DNA of 64,000 nt, from the NCBI GenBank assembly GCA_977017575.1, contig CDRNVI010000030.1:62001-126000 (forward strand). Direction: 5' to 3'. The translations under genes were made by a program, and so were the position numbers. The notes beneath the pieces were generated by a model. That model ran no database searches and had not been told where the DNA came from. It saw only the letters and a list, made by a program, of their open reading frames with translations. This document shows, piece after piece, positions 34,399-45,861 of the stretch (the first letter of the stretch is position 1; the number at the start of each line of letters is the position of its first letter). This DNA comes from Paramoeba atlantica. Taxonomy: Eukaryota; Protista; Discosea.

Positions 34399-35040
34399 GG
34401 TAGAAAATTAAATACTCTAAATTTATTTTTTTTCAATTCTTTTTGAAAATATCTTTTTGGAAAAAGGATTTTCTTGATAATTTACATCCGCTTTTTAGTT
34501 TAGATCATTTACATCCACTTTTTAGCTTTATTTATGTCTTATGCTTTTACTTTTGTTTTTATGGACTGCTCTTTGTCAAGCACTTTTGTATGTTTGACGA
34601 TAGTGATGTCAATTTTGCAAACATCGTCGGAGTACCTTGCTGTCTGTCTAGCGAACCGCTCTTTCGGAACCGATGCGCCATAACTTAGCTGCGAAGAGAA
34701 ACCTAGAAGGAAGCGATGCTTCAAAAAGCTCGAAGACAGCTCGAAGTACCACCCTAAAATTCTGGAGTTCCACTTTTCTCTTCAGAACGCCTATCTAACT
34801 TGTTGCTAACGAGGTGGAAAGCATCGGCAAATTGGCGTATTTACGACGAGTTACACCTAATAAACTAAAAACAAGAAACGGAGAAAAACAAGAAACGAAG
34901 AAGAACAAGGAACGAAGAAAAACAAGAAACGAAGAAAAACAAGAAACGAAGAAGAACAAGGATCAAGAAAGTCGTCTCTGATGCAAATATGTATTTTTAA
35001 AAAAATATTTTTTTGGGGTATATTTTGACTGCAGTCGACC
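34399..35040. mobile_element. About 640-bp insertion absent from the paralogous locus
   Basis: Empty site GAAAATTAG|AATACTATTTTGGTCGAG at about 48391. Flanks GAAAATTA/CAAAATTA look like a 7-8-bp TSD. Ends GGTAGA...TCGACC. Contains a 17-bp tandem repeat at about 34868-34962. Confidence 0.7.
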
Positions 35041-36407
35041 CAAAATTAGAAAACTATTTTGGTCGAGTAAATTGGATTACTTTTGTTTATTATAAAGGAG
35101 ATTTCAGTAAAACAGTATCTGCTCAAATCTCAAAAACTCAAAATGGTTTTTCTAAAACATAGAACTCTGCGAGAGCTCTCGAATGCGCTATCATTTTCCA
35201 AAAATTGGAAGGGTTTTGCAATTTTTAGATCCCCCGCAGCATCTGATTTACCCCCCATACAGGGGACCTCCCGAAGGGAAGTCAACACGTTTCAATTTGA
35301 CCCTCCGTCCCTTGGGTTATCGGCGATTTACACGAGGGGAGGGGGGCGTCGAACGTCCCGTTGTGGTGGAGCGTGTGTGCGTCGCCCGATCACTCCCTGT
35401 ATGTGATACTTCATCGTTTTTCAGAATTTCGAAAAAAGAAATCGGAAAAAGTTGACATATTTTCAAGGGGGGAGGGCTAGAGGTGTGATACAAGCCTGTC
35501 ACTAGAAAGTAGGAGGAAAGATCTCAGGGGCTGCGGGTCATGGACCGTGCTGGGACCGCGATTCGACTTCGAGGGACCGCAAAGTACTCGTTTTTTGATT
35601 TGGTGTGGAGTACAATTCGAATCAAAAAGGATTTGTATTTCGTGTACCGGTACAATGGTATGTAATACACATTGTAAATTGTATGTAATACTCATATTCT
35701 AGGCCTTAATGTAACAAGGCCGTTTATGTTTAAGCTTAATGTACATGTACTCAATGTACACGTAGTTAATGTACATTGTACATGTAAGACGGTTTTTGCA
35801 TATCTCTGGTTTGTTGTTTTGCATTCCGTTTCTTTTAATCTTGACAATGAGAGGAACTGAAAGCAATGATGATCTGAAATCCAGAATTGCGAACCCCTCG
35901 GAAGTTGAAAGTGAAAAGGCAATTGTGGGGCTGCGGATGCGGCCCAAAACGAGTTCAAGTGATCAAGCGAGATCACGCGAGATCTCTCGGGAGCGGATTT
36001 GGCTCGGGAGTGTAGTTGGACAATGTTAAAACGCAACCACGTGCCATTGATTGCGCCATTCTTGGGTAGCCTTCCGCGACAGAGTTTAGGAACTTTAACA
36101 TCTCGGGGCCAGGGATGCCGTAGGTGGTACCAAGGAGGGGGAAAAGTCTACAGTACTATGGAACATAATACGTAGTACATAATAATATGTAATGCTAGAA
36201 GTTGGTAGCGTAAGTGACTTTCCAAGGAGAACAAAAAAGGGGAAAAAATCCAATTTACCCAGTGGGTCCCACTACATGAACTTTCTTCAGCCTCACTTTT
36301 GTGCATATTAAAGGGCATATTAAAGGGGGGGATACAGGGGGTGCATATTAAAGTGGGGGTCAAAGTATACAAGTAGAATGGCAGACTGTGATTCTAAACG
36401 TGGCGCT

Positions 36408-37316
36408 TTATGGGCTCGCGTGACGAATGGCAGTGTCCTGTATGGTAATGGAATCTTTCAATTGACCTGGAAGAACAGATTCATCAAGCACGCCACAAAG
36501 ATCGTGATTTCGGTCTATTCGAAGCGTTCGCAAAGATTTCGGAAGACTTCCAAAAGTAACGCATCCAGCCATATTATTCGAACGGATATCTAGATATTCT
36601 AATAAAGGAGGCAAGTGTTCCAAGTCAAGCGTTCCTGTAAATTTGTTCTCGAAGACATCTAGAGCTTGCATGCTTTGTGGCAAGTGACCTAAGTCAAGTG
36701 CGCCAATAAAATTATTCGTCCTTAAATCGAGCACCTGCATTTTTTCCGGCAAATGTGCCAAGTCAACAGGATCTGAAAAATTATTGTCACTAAGAAGTAA
36801 CATCATGAGTCCTGCTGGCAAACGCGTTAGATCCACACCCCCTTCGAACTGATTCCTATTCACACGAAGACTCTCCAAGGTGTCAGGCAATCGCGTCAAG
36901 GACAACTCCCCGATAAATTTATTCTGCGATAGATCCAGAAAGGAAAGTCGAGGTGGTAAACGATCCAGACTCACCGTTCCGGTAAGCAAGTTCGAGTTCA
37001 CATCACAGCTACGTAGCGTGGGAGGGAGCCACTGCCAATGTAGTGTACCAGTCAGGCCCCATGAAGAAGACTTGGAGGGGCCCATCCAAATCCACTGGAT
37101 CGATGTCACCTGCTGATGTTCATCGCAGAACACCCCTACCCAGGTGCATACGGAGATTGGAGATTGCACGCGCTTGAAGAAGGAACCCTTTTTTTTCGTA
37201 ATACGCCAGGACTTATGCTTTTCGGTGAGATTGGAGACAAAATGCTGCAGCATTTCTTCTTGAGGGAGCAACAGCGTGGTGACTTTACCCAGACGAACGT
37301 CCGAGCCATCATCCAT
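36408..37316 (-). CDS. Stand-alone LRR protein (302 aa, DDG-GKVT subfamily)
   Basis: DDGSDVRLGKVTTLLLPQEEML N-cap, CTWVGVFC, about 8 23-aa LRRs. Confidence 0.92.
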   Translation of the reverse strand: MDDGSDVRLGKVTTLLLPQEEMLQHFVSNLTEKHKSWRITKKKGSFFKRVQSPISVCTWVGVFCDEHQQVTSIQWIWMGPSKSSSWGLTGTLHWQWLPPTLRSCDVNSNLLTGTVSLDRLPPRLSFLDLSQNKFIGELSLTRLPDTLESLRVNRNQFEGGVDLTRLPAGLMMLLLSDNNFSDPVDLAHLPEKMQVLDLRTNNFIGALDLGHLPQSMQALDVFENKFTGTLDLEHLPPLLEYLDIRSNNMAGCVTFGSLPKSLRTLRIDRNHDLCGVLDESVLPGQLKDSITIQDTAIRHASP

Positions 37317-37525
37317 TGTAAATATGCAGGTGAACCCGTGGGTCCTAAAACTACTTGTATACTTTGGGATTAGAGTTAAAAGCAGTTCTAAGGACTCCTA
37401 CACGTATAAGGATTATCCCGTCCCACTATTTAGTGTTTAGTAGAATAGGGCAAAATGAAACTCTAAGTAGGGGAGAGGAAAGATCAATGAAAAATACGTG
37501 ATGCATACACTAGTGTCCCCCCCTC

Positions 37526-38032
37526 GTGGTTGAATCGTACCACAGTTTTCGAGATGATTACTCACAGAGTAAAACAACGGGCCCCAGCAAAGTTTACTTA
37601 CGATCCGCCTCAGCCGTCGCTAAGTATTTGGGACACCCTCTGCGTGACTTCGACAAGATGCACTTGTCGAACACTCTTCGACGAATATGGGCCTCATACA
37701 CCGGCTCTTCGCCAGAAAAGAGAAAGCAAGACAGAGAAAACCTGATGGCCCATGTGCATCAGTGCCTGGGACCTTTGAGTGCTGGTGTGAAAATCCATCA
37801 ACAGTATATCCATCGCTGCGCTGAAATTGCGGAACCAGAGGACATACCCCCTGATGAGTATTTAAGTCGTCTAAAGGAGTTGGGGGTTATAAAAAGGGAT
37901 GGAGATGTTCGGCTGACGCACGTGAGCCGTCCTGAACGGGAAGAAAAGTCGAAACGAGAAAAGATGGGTTGTGCTTCCATGGAAGTTCGCTCTGTCATTC
38001 AAGTATACTCCCCTTGTCAGAATAAAATATAA
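37526..38032 (+). CDS. Second member of the Harbinger partner-ORF family (5' truncated or short form)
   Basis: KVYLRSASAVAKYL...IWASY and LKELGVIKRDGDVRLTHVSRP align with 1318-2193, with identical Y-to-W spacing. Confidence 0.6.
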   Translation: MVESYHSFRDDYSQSKTTGPSKVYLRSASAVAKYLGHPLRDFDKMHLSNTLRRIWASYTGSSPEKRKQDRENLMAHVHQCLGPLSAGVKIHQQYIHRCAEIAEPEDIPPDEYLSRLKELGVIKRDGDVRLTHVSRPEREEKSKREKMGCASMEVRSVIQVYSPCQNKI

Positions 38033-38106
38033 ATCGATTTTTCGTTGTGACAAAAGCTACCCCAAAGAAACGGTGCCATTTATAAATTTCAAAAAAAAAA
38101 TCCTGA

Positions 38107-38508
38107 ATGCCGTCTGGTAGGCCGTTGTTTGCGAAACGAAAGAGTTCAATGACTCATTATGTTTCACAGGGTGGAAGGCCTTCCGATCGTGAGATTGAGC
38201 GGCGCGAGGAAGGGTGGAAAGAATTTGTGAGTAATGGCGGCGAATCTCACATAATGGCTCTTTCGAACATTGTAAGCGAATACATAGAAGAAGCGTCGAA
38301 CTTGTTCTTCGAAGCCCAGAACTTTTTTTTCATGTCTTTGGAGGAAAAATTCCGTTCTGTGGCATGTGATGAAGAGTTCTTGAGTTGGATCCAGCTCCAA
38401 CCAAGACTTTTTTCTGTTCTATTTTCCGTCAGCGATGGAGTTCCGGTATTCAAGATTCCGAGCGAGCGAAAACTCATCTTCTCTCTGACGGACAATTGCA
38501 TTCATTGA
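38107..38508 (+). pseudogene. Possible N-terminal part of a divergent Harbinger-like transposase, truncated next to the IS30 relic
   Basis: GES...FF...SDGVPVF parallels GES...FF...FDTVPLY of 2405-2803. Follows the partner ORF on the same strand. Confidence 0.4.
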
Positions 38509-38586
38509 GATGACAAGTATAAATTGGTGGAGGACGGATCGACCGCCCCGGAAAAAGACAACCAATGCAACGTAGATGCTGGTTCG

Positions 38587-39323
38587 CGTTTCATTCACCC
38601 GCTCATGTTTCGAAAATTCTGTACCGTTGTCATACGTAATGGTACAAACTATATACTTCTTTAAGCCCTTTATAATTTGATTTGCAATTTCTTCCGCATG
38701 CTTTGATCGTAGCACACGTAGCACAACGAACCGACTCTTTCTCTCACACAAAGTCAGAATGCACCCTTCCAGGGTGAGTTTTTTCCTTCCACTAGGTCCG
38801 CTTCCCAATCCCCATCCCGACGCCTCTTGTTAACTATCTGAGGGCGAAGTCGGATGGGGACTCTGTTTGGAATCGTTGGGCGACCTCAATTGAAGCGACG
38901 CCTATAAGCACGCTTGCCACGAATCCGAAGGGATTTGTAGAGCTTCCCGCTGTCGTCTTTGTCGCGTGCCACATGGCGATAAATAGTGGTCACGGACGGT
39001 GAAGCCTGTGAGCCAACAACTAAGGTGTTGGACACCTGTTCGGGGCTGTAAAGTTGTCCTAAGCGCTTCTTAATGTGGCGCTCCACAGGCCCACGGATAA
39101 GCCGGGGACGCACAGCCTTGCTTACCAGGCGACGCTTTGACACTCTGTGTGCGCGGTTGGCTTCGTAGCGCCGACCCCGTTTCTTGTTACGGGCCAGCTC
39201 ACGGCTAACGGTGCTATGGAATTTTCCGATGGCCGTGCCAATCTCACGCCGTGTCGCGCCTGCCTCGAACATCTTTTAAATGGTGACTCTGTCCCTTTGC
39301 CCGAGCCTCTGATATTTTGACAT
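38587..39323 (-). pseudogene. IS30-family transposase relic
   Basis: MSKYQRLGQRDRVTI*KMFEAGATRREIGTAIGKFHSTVSRELARN (HTH_38-like), YSPEQVS, TIYRHV, IPNRVPIRLRPQIVNKRRRDGDWEAD, LTLCERKSRF, TITYDNGTEF. Two stops, one frameshift, C-terminus missing. Confidence 0.9.
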
Positions 39324-39415
39324 GAGGAATAAAGAAAAGAACAATTAGAGTATACAGTATAGATATTGGGATTATAGTAGAATAGAACTAGCAACGAATT
39401 TCCGAAAATAGACTT

Positions 39416-39491
39416 TTGGTGCACTGGATATGATAATCTAAAAAACATTGGTGCACTGGATATGATAATTTGGTGCACTGGATATGACAAT
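39416..39491. repeat. Three 22-bp direct repeats upstream of the IS30-like ORF
   Basis: TTGGTGCACTGGATATGA(T/C)AAT at 39416, 39448 and 39470. Confidence 0.9.
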
Positions 39492-39586
39492 CCACCAACA
39501 CTTAAGCCTAGATGTTAAGTTGCAGATTTGTGATGCCGTAGACTGGTTATTTTCGAGTTATCCGCAATATCGAATAATGAAAAATG

Positions 39587-39987
39587 GGTGGAATTGAACG
39601 AAGTTTGCACTTTTTTTCAAAAAAAAAAAATAGAACCGATCATTCTTGTTATTATTTTTTGTTTCTTTTGCTTGCAAAAGATATAGTTTAGAATCTTTGC
39701 TAGTATCTTTGACCTCTTTACGTTCTCAGGTACGGGTAAAATCATGGTCAATCACTTTGATGGCGGATTTTGTTGTGGGTGTCTTGAAATGAACGTGTAT
39801 GTCACACGTCTTCCGTTTAGTGAGGTTATGTGAGGTTAATCCCGCTGGTACGAGTTTTGTTGGATGTGGCATTGTTTTGCGCGGAAATCGTCTTGTCTGC
39901 ATCATTTTGATTTTCTTTGGAATTCGCTGATATTTAGTCACTTTTAAATTTTTTTTGCAAAGTGTGCAAACTTCGTTCAATCTGACC
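39587..39987 (+). mobile_element. 401-bp non-autonomous Merlin element with 8-bp TSD
   Basis: TIRs GGTGGAATTGAACGAAGTTTGCAC and GGTCAGATTGAACGAAGTTTGCAC. Perfect TSD GAAAAATG (39579-39586, 39988-39995). 5' part homologous to 58661-58890. Confidence 0.9.
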
Positions 39988-40081
39988 GAAAAATGATAAG
40001 AATGTTCCCAATTTCTTGCCGATAGAGAAAGAATTAAAGCGAGTCTTTACATCTATTTCTGCGTAACTTGGACATCAAAAC

Positions 40082-40715
40082 TTGAGAAAATGGTTTGAGA
40101 AAAGAAGTGTCCACAGTGATGGCATCTTCAGAAAACTAAAGTGCAACAATAGGGGCCGAAAATCGCAATTACTGGATTTCGAAAGTTATATTACCTCTAT
40201 TCTCCAGGAATTCGTCTCTTATGGAATACCTGTAAACAGGACTATGCTTTGGCACACGGTCTGTGAGCATCTGCGATCTCCTTTGGATTCTATTCCCGAA
40301 AGTTTAAGAACATGTAGGTAGACGGTGTTGTCCAAGCAAAGAAGCAAGAAGGCGCCTGGACTCCTTCTTATTCTACGTTTCGTCGTTGGTTGGATTCTTC
40401 CAAACGTACCGTTTGAAACTCTTTCCAAATCTTCCGAACGTACCATGGAAATTGCTCATCCAGATGATTTGGAGGTTCAAGGAAAAAACATGATTCTTCG
40501 GATTGTCTTTATTGTTTCACATGAGCACAAGGGATCCCCACGGGAAGAACTTATTATCAACGTGGATGAGACCGGCATTGCTCACAACAAGCCAGCACAA
40601 AGTGGGTTCTGTATGCAGGGTGAAAAACTTTCAAACATCGCAAACTAGGATAAGAGAAGCGCTACACTTCTAGCAGGTATCGCACTGTCAGGCTCTTTCT
40701 TTCACCATTTGTAAT
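40082..40715 (+). pseudogene. pogo-like transposase relic
   Basis: GIPVNRTMLW (CENP-B-like HTH), IINVDETGI, DKRSATLLAGIALSG. Confidence 0.65.
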
Positions 40716-41504
40716 TTGGAATGGAAAGCAAGGGAGCTCTTGCGCATCAGTAAAAGAACATTCCCTATCAGTTCAGTATCAAACTTCTAACCACTATATT
40801 ACCACTGGAGCTATTCTTGAATCTGCACGATTGATACTTGTTTGATCGATTTATACTTCTAAAATCTAATATAAATAGAAATCACCAATTTCCTTTGTAT
40901 TTTATATTACTATCCCCCGCTATTTAATAGGACTCCGATTTTGGGCTTACTTCCTTGCAGAAGGAACGAACATTTTGAAAGATGGTGCAAAGATATACAG
41001 GGGGGTCCAGCCCCGGCTCCATCATCGATTTCGCCAATCGGTGAAACTGAAGCAACTTTCGGTTTTTTCTTATTTTTTCCTATCGAATTCTCTGATTGTA
41101 GAAAAGGCTTCTCCAGAGATTTTAATTGTGTGTTTCTTTTGTGTTTTTCGCTATTCATTTCGTCATTTTCAGTTACTTAGTCTATCCATACATGCCTTTC
41201 ACGGGGTGTGTTGGGTTTGCTTGTCGACGAAAGATAACAATAAGCAAGATTTCAACTCGGACCGAAAAGGAGTGCGCGGAGTGGCTACAAAACCAATGGT
41301 TTTGTAGACACCAACTTATGGTAACCATAAGTTGGTGTCTCAAAAGGTTATACATGTTGCAAGAAAAAAATGAGTTATCCGAAATTTTGAGCAAATAGTT
41401 CCGCTCTTTAGAGTAATTTAAACTTCCTTAATAGTTCCGCTATTTAGAGTAGTTCCGCTTAGATCGCACTTCCGCTTGTCCCTGGAATTACAGAAATTAC
41501 CTAA

Positions 41505-41785
41505 ATTTGGACAGACGGCGCTCGTCATAATATTCGTCTCGCGGAGAACTACAAGTGGGAAAGCGTGAACCACCGTCGACAGTGCGTCACGGAGGAAGGT
41601 GTACAAAACAAACGATGTGGAGTGCACGATTAGAAAGCGTCAGGAAGCGCTCGAAGCATGAAGGTGGCGTGCTGAGCCGGAAAGCAGCCCGGAGAGAAGA
41701 TCAGGTGCAAGCCTACGCAGAGCAGGAAAACGGAATTTTGAAGTGTAATGGGAGGATGCATTCCTGCGCGTGCTTAAAACTTTAA
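41505..41785 (+). pseudogene. Merlin-like transposase fragment
   Basis: Manual translation IWTDGARHNIRLAENYKWESVNHR...EGVQ/TNDVE matches IWTDGATHN...YLWSEVIHR...EGVHTNIVE at about 59480. Confidence 0.75.
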
Positions 41786-41962
41786 AGGAGCGTTGCGCTT
41801 GCGCGTTTGTATAGTATCCGTATTTTAAGCCTGAGTTGTCAATTTAAATTTTTCCACAGATTTGGATCAATTTTTGAACACATTTATGAACAAAGTGAAA
41901 AACCCGAATTTTGCTTCAGTTTGTCCCGCAAATCGCTCTTCATAAAAACGTGGGTCTCGGGA

Positions 41963-42035
41963 TTCGAGGTAGTCCAGTGGGTAAGACATGCCGTCTAAAA
42001 TCTCCTGGTCGCAGGTTCGACTCCCAGTGTTTATA
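41963..42035 (+). pseudogene. tRNA-like relic (Pol III A and B boxes); stems degenerate
   Basis: A box TAGTCCAGTGG at 41970 and B box GGTTCGACTCC at 42014, 44 nt apart as in tRNA. Acceptor and anticodon stems do not pair. Confidence 0.5.
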
Positions 42036-42462
42036 TTTTCAGCCATACGCGGCGTCGTTAGTGAGAAACTATTTGCGAAGCCCCGTTTACCAACAACCAC
42101 CGCTTTTTGACGAAGCAAATACCACAGCAACATGTCAATAAAATTGTGATAGCTAAAAAGACATTGTGTTGTACGAAAAAAACTTTGATGGTGTTCAGCG
42201 TCTTTTACCCTGCCCTACAGGTCTTGTATTTCGTCCGATTTTGGAAATATTTGGTACACCACCGTTTTTCGACCTAATCGTTCCGAATCCGAGATCCTTT
42301 TCACTCAAGCGACCCCCTACCCCCCTAGCCAGGTAGGGGTCGAAAAAGCTAATTACAACTTTTTTGGGTGTAGTTTTTTGAATGTTTCGGATGAGGGACA
42401 GTAGTAAAGTGGGTCAGAAGACGTGGAAAAGGAGCGCAAAGTAATCTCTAGTATTTAGTCAT

Positions 42463-43090
42463 ATGCCTTTTAACCTCCTTGACCTGCTAAAACATGATAA
42501 GAGTTACGACGTCTGGGCTAGGGAACAACAGGAAAAGCGCCGCCGTGAAAACCCAACAATTAATATATTACCACAGGCTGCTTCACCAGAACATCATAAA
42601 GATATGATTATCTGGAAATCACAGTGTGGGATCCCAAGCTCCGCTCTTGAGCATCCGCTTTTTCGAAATAAAATCATGCGAGGTTTATGCTCCACTCCAC
42701 CCCGAAGAGAAAAGATGAACGAACTAATTATAGAGTGCGCGGGGCAAGCGTGAACAAAGACATGCATCGAATTCGGTTTCAAATTTTCAGATGTGAGCGT
42801 ATGTATGGATACTTCAACGATCCATCATCGTACAATGTGTGCCGTGACCCTAGTGTGCAAAGGTCCAACAACAATGTGTTGGACTATTAAGCCAATGTCC
42901 TCTATTGATGCCCCCTCCTTCAAAAGTTTACTTGAACAAGCTTTGGTGGAACTTCGTTCCGAGAGAATTTTTGCTACGCACCTAGTGTCAGATGCCGGAG
43001 CAGGAATCAAGAAGGGCTTGACCATGACTGCAGAAGAAAACGAAATCGCCTACATCTGTTCACCCTGTCCAAGTTTCAGTAGGCCTTTCC
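42463..43090 (+). pseudogene. hAT-like transposase relic
   Basis: PSSALEHPLF...PPRREK; in-frame TGA at 42751; VSVCMDTST and HLVSDAGAGIKK resemble the first and second catalytic-region motifs of hAT. Confidence 0.55.
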
Positions 43091-43270
43091 CGAAACCTTT
43101 CGTGGAGTCTTCTACAGTCCAGATTGTTGCCCCGCCACATTTTTTGCCATGCCACCCGTCAGTAAAGTCCACTGTTCCACTAGGCGGCCGTATTCTGTTG
43201 CTTTTTTTGAAAAAAGAAAAATAAAGTTTTTTAAAGTTTTATAGTAAAATATAGTCAATAAAGTACTATA

Positions 43271-44839
43271 CAGGGGGGGCCACGAAAACTGACAAGGTCC
43301 GTATTTTAGCGTCGTGAGGCAGTTTGAGCTGATTTTTGTTGCAAACGAGAGATCTCGTTCTGAATATCGTTATGCTATTTAAAATACAAAAACGTTCGCC
43401 GGAAAACATTTCCAATGAGTTACAAAAGTGAAATTTTAAAGATTTTGCAAATTGAAAAACGGGTCTAAAATTCGTAATTTTTACGTACCACGGCCCAAAA
43501 AGTACCCAGAAAGTAGGTCTTAATAGCCAGTATTCCCACCTCTACGCTCACGTAGTATAGCGAGGCGCGTGGGAAGACTCTTTAGCGTATTCACATACGC
43601 CTCGTGACATTCGTTCAACAAATATTCCTTGGCCTTTGGAATAGCCGCTTGTAATTCTTTTCGATTCTGTGGACGGAGATGGCTGTGGATGTACTTATCC
43701 ATCATGCTCCACAAATTCTCAATCAAATTGAGATCAGGAGATTTCGAAGGCCAATCAATAATTTTGATGTCTTCCAACTTACCTGTTCTCCTGGCTTCCC
43801 CATGCCCTGGCGCGTTGTCAAGGACAATTGTAGCCCCGGGGCGGCGATGCATCCAGTTGAAAAACCCATTTCGTTTTTTCATTGCATTCAAAAAGACCTC
43901 ATTTGTAACAGTTTCATTTTGTGCGGACTCATGGAAACACGCATCAGTCACTTCCCAACGGAGACTGGTGGCCATGAATACATGAACTCCTTTCCCCCCA
44001 TACCACCTATCTAATTGTACTGGTGTTTCCTTGGGGGGGTCAGTCATTTTTGCAAGGTACGTGTTTTTTTACCGTGTGATCCGCATCGAAAGATTTTTTC
44101 GTCGCACCACACAATACGAGACAGCTGATCTGGGCTGAATCCCTCAAAGTAATCAGCAAGTTGTAGTCTAGCAGCCTTGTGCTCAGCTGTTAAAAAAGGC
44201 TTGTGCGACATCGTCTTAGTGACGTATCCCATCTTTTTCAAACTCCGTTTCACGGTGTTTAGACTACATGGATAAAGTACTTTATCCACTCTCTTATGTA
44301 CCCATTTAAACCCCGGACACCCGAATCGTGTGTCTCGCTCAGCATCAACAATAGTACAGAGCATGGCTCGGAACTCCTCCGTATCAACGCCGTTATCGCG
44401 CGAGTAGGGTGCACGTGCCACGTCACCTGACTCATCGAAACGCGCTTTGTACCGAGAGACAGAGCTCTCTGAACAGTTCATCATACGTGCCGTATCCGGA
44501 ATAGATGTCCCACGGTGTCTTTCGTGTGCGCAGACAATGCGCACAGGATATGAATACTGTTCTGGTGATAGCTGGCGACGGTTTAGTCTATTCCGTTTGC
44601 CCATAGTAAGGTAAAAAGAAGAAAAAATAGCATTTTTTACGTTTTTCGATACTTTTTGCAAAATATTTTGCCCAAAATTTCAATATTTTGTAAATATTTT
44701 TTTTTGATTAGCAGAAACGGGCTCCAAATAGCGTAGACACGATATTCAGAACGAGATCTCTCGTTTGCAACAAAAATCAGCTCAAACGGCCTCAGGACGC
44801 TAAAATGCGGACCTTGTCAGTTTTCGTGGCCCCCCCTGT
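43271..44839 (-). mobile_element. Near-intact 1569-bp Tc1/IS630-like transposon, DD32E, about 100-bp TIRs, TA TSD
   Basis: TA|CAGGGGGGGCCACGAAAACTGACAAGG at both ends. Transposase 44661-43520 is split only by one extra A in an A7 run (about 44064-44070). VWCDEK, VLDNAPGH, SPDLNLIENLW. Confidence 0.95.
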
Positions 44840-45139
44840 ATTATTATAACTTTATTCGCAAAAAAAAACTTTATTTTACTTTATTAAAGTTTCCGCGAAC
44901 CCTGGTTTTATTCTTACAGGGGGAAAACCTGTAGAGATACTGGGCTCAGCAGGGGTGACGCAAAGGGCACTCCCTGCTGAATCTGTCGCCTCACTCTATG
45001 ACACCGGGAAAAGCACGGCATATCCTCCTGGAGAAACGAAAAGAACGGCACTCGCGATCGATTGAGAGCGACTTAGGTCCGACACTCGAAAAACTTCATA
45101 AACTTAGCCCGGGGTCCATCATTGAAACGTTTCGCTTTT

Positions 45140-45577
45140 CTTTCTGAAGATTAACCGGAAACGTTTAAGAATGCCTTGCGGGACTATAGTAAACGTTTAC
45201 TTTTGGTGTTTATCTGGGGCCATATAGTCGGTCTGCAGACCTCTGGCGATCAAAAAGCGTTTACGTCCACCTTCAGGACACAACTTACACTCTTCTACTT
45301 TCTTGTCTCCTTCAGCGCTCTTCATTTCAACGAAAAATTCCTTGCAGAACTTTGCTCGGGTGAGTTTATCCATGGGAAAGGGAAAGTAGAAAGATGAATG
45401 AGACAGTAAATACAAGATTATGTACATAGGATGTGTACGTTCAAAAAATAAATGTGCTAAAGAGCCGTCAGCCTCCTTAAAAAGTGAGAGGGAAGAATAA
45501 GTAAAATAAAGTTTTTTTAAAAAATAAAGTTACTATAAAGTACTTTATTTAAAGTTTTAAAGTTTCCGCGAACCCTG
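45140..45577 (-). mobile_element. 5' end of hAT-like element with BED-type zinc-finger fragment
   Basis: Terminus CAGGGTTCGCGGAAACTTT at 45577-45559, with a second identical terminus at 44904-44886. FCKEFF...KVEECKLC...H pattern. Confidence 0.55.
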
Positions 45578-45861
45578 AATAAAGCCATCTCGGGGCACAC
45601 GAGACAGGAAGGTAAGAGCAGGGGGGGTGCTTCCTGGTCATAAATCATCAGCAAATGTACCAATTTTGAAAAAAATTGTACTCTGCAAAAAAAAGAATCG
45701 ACATTTTTGCAGTTTTTTTCCGGTTTAGGCATGATACAGGTGTCCACGAGTGAAAGGGACCTCGGATTCGGAACGATTGGGTCCAAAAACAGTCCCATGC
45801 GAAATATTTCCAAAATCGCACATACATAGCATGTATGTATGTACATGTATATATATATATA

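Noticed and set aside
44060-44075. Programmed -1 frameshift in the DD32E transposase
   Set aside because: In the zero frame the run reads T AAA AAA ACA, not a canonical X XXY YYZ heptamer. A homopolymer indel or sequencing error is simpler.
44920-44985. c-di-GMP riboswitch-like words (GAAAACC...GACGCAAAG) with a 12-bp hairpin
   Set aside because: The order and pairing do not match the GEMM architecture, and the context is eukaryotic TE sequence. Only a simple hairpin is supported.
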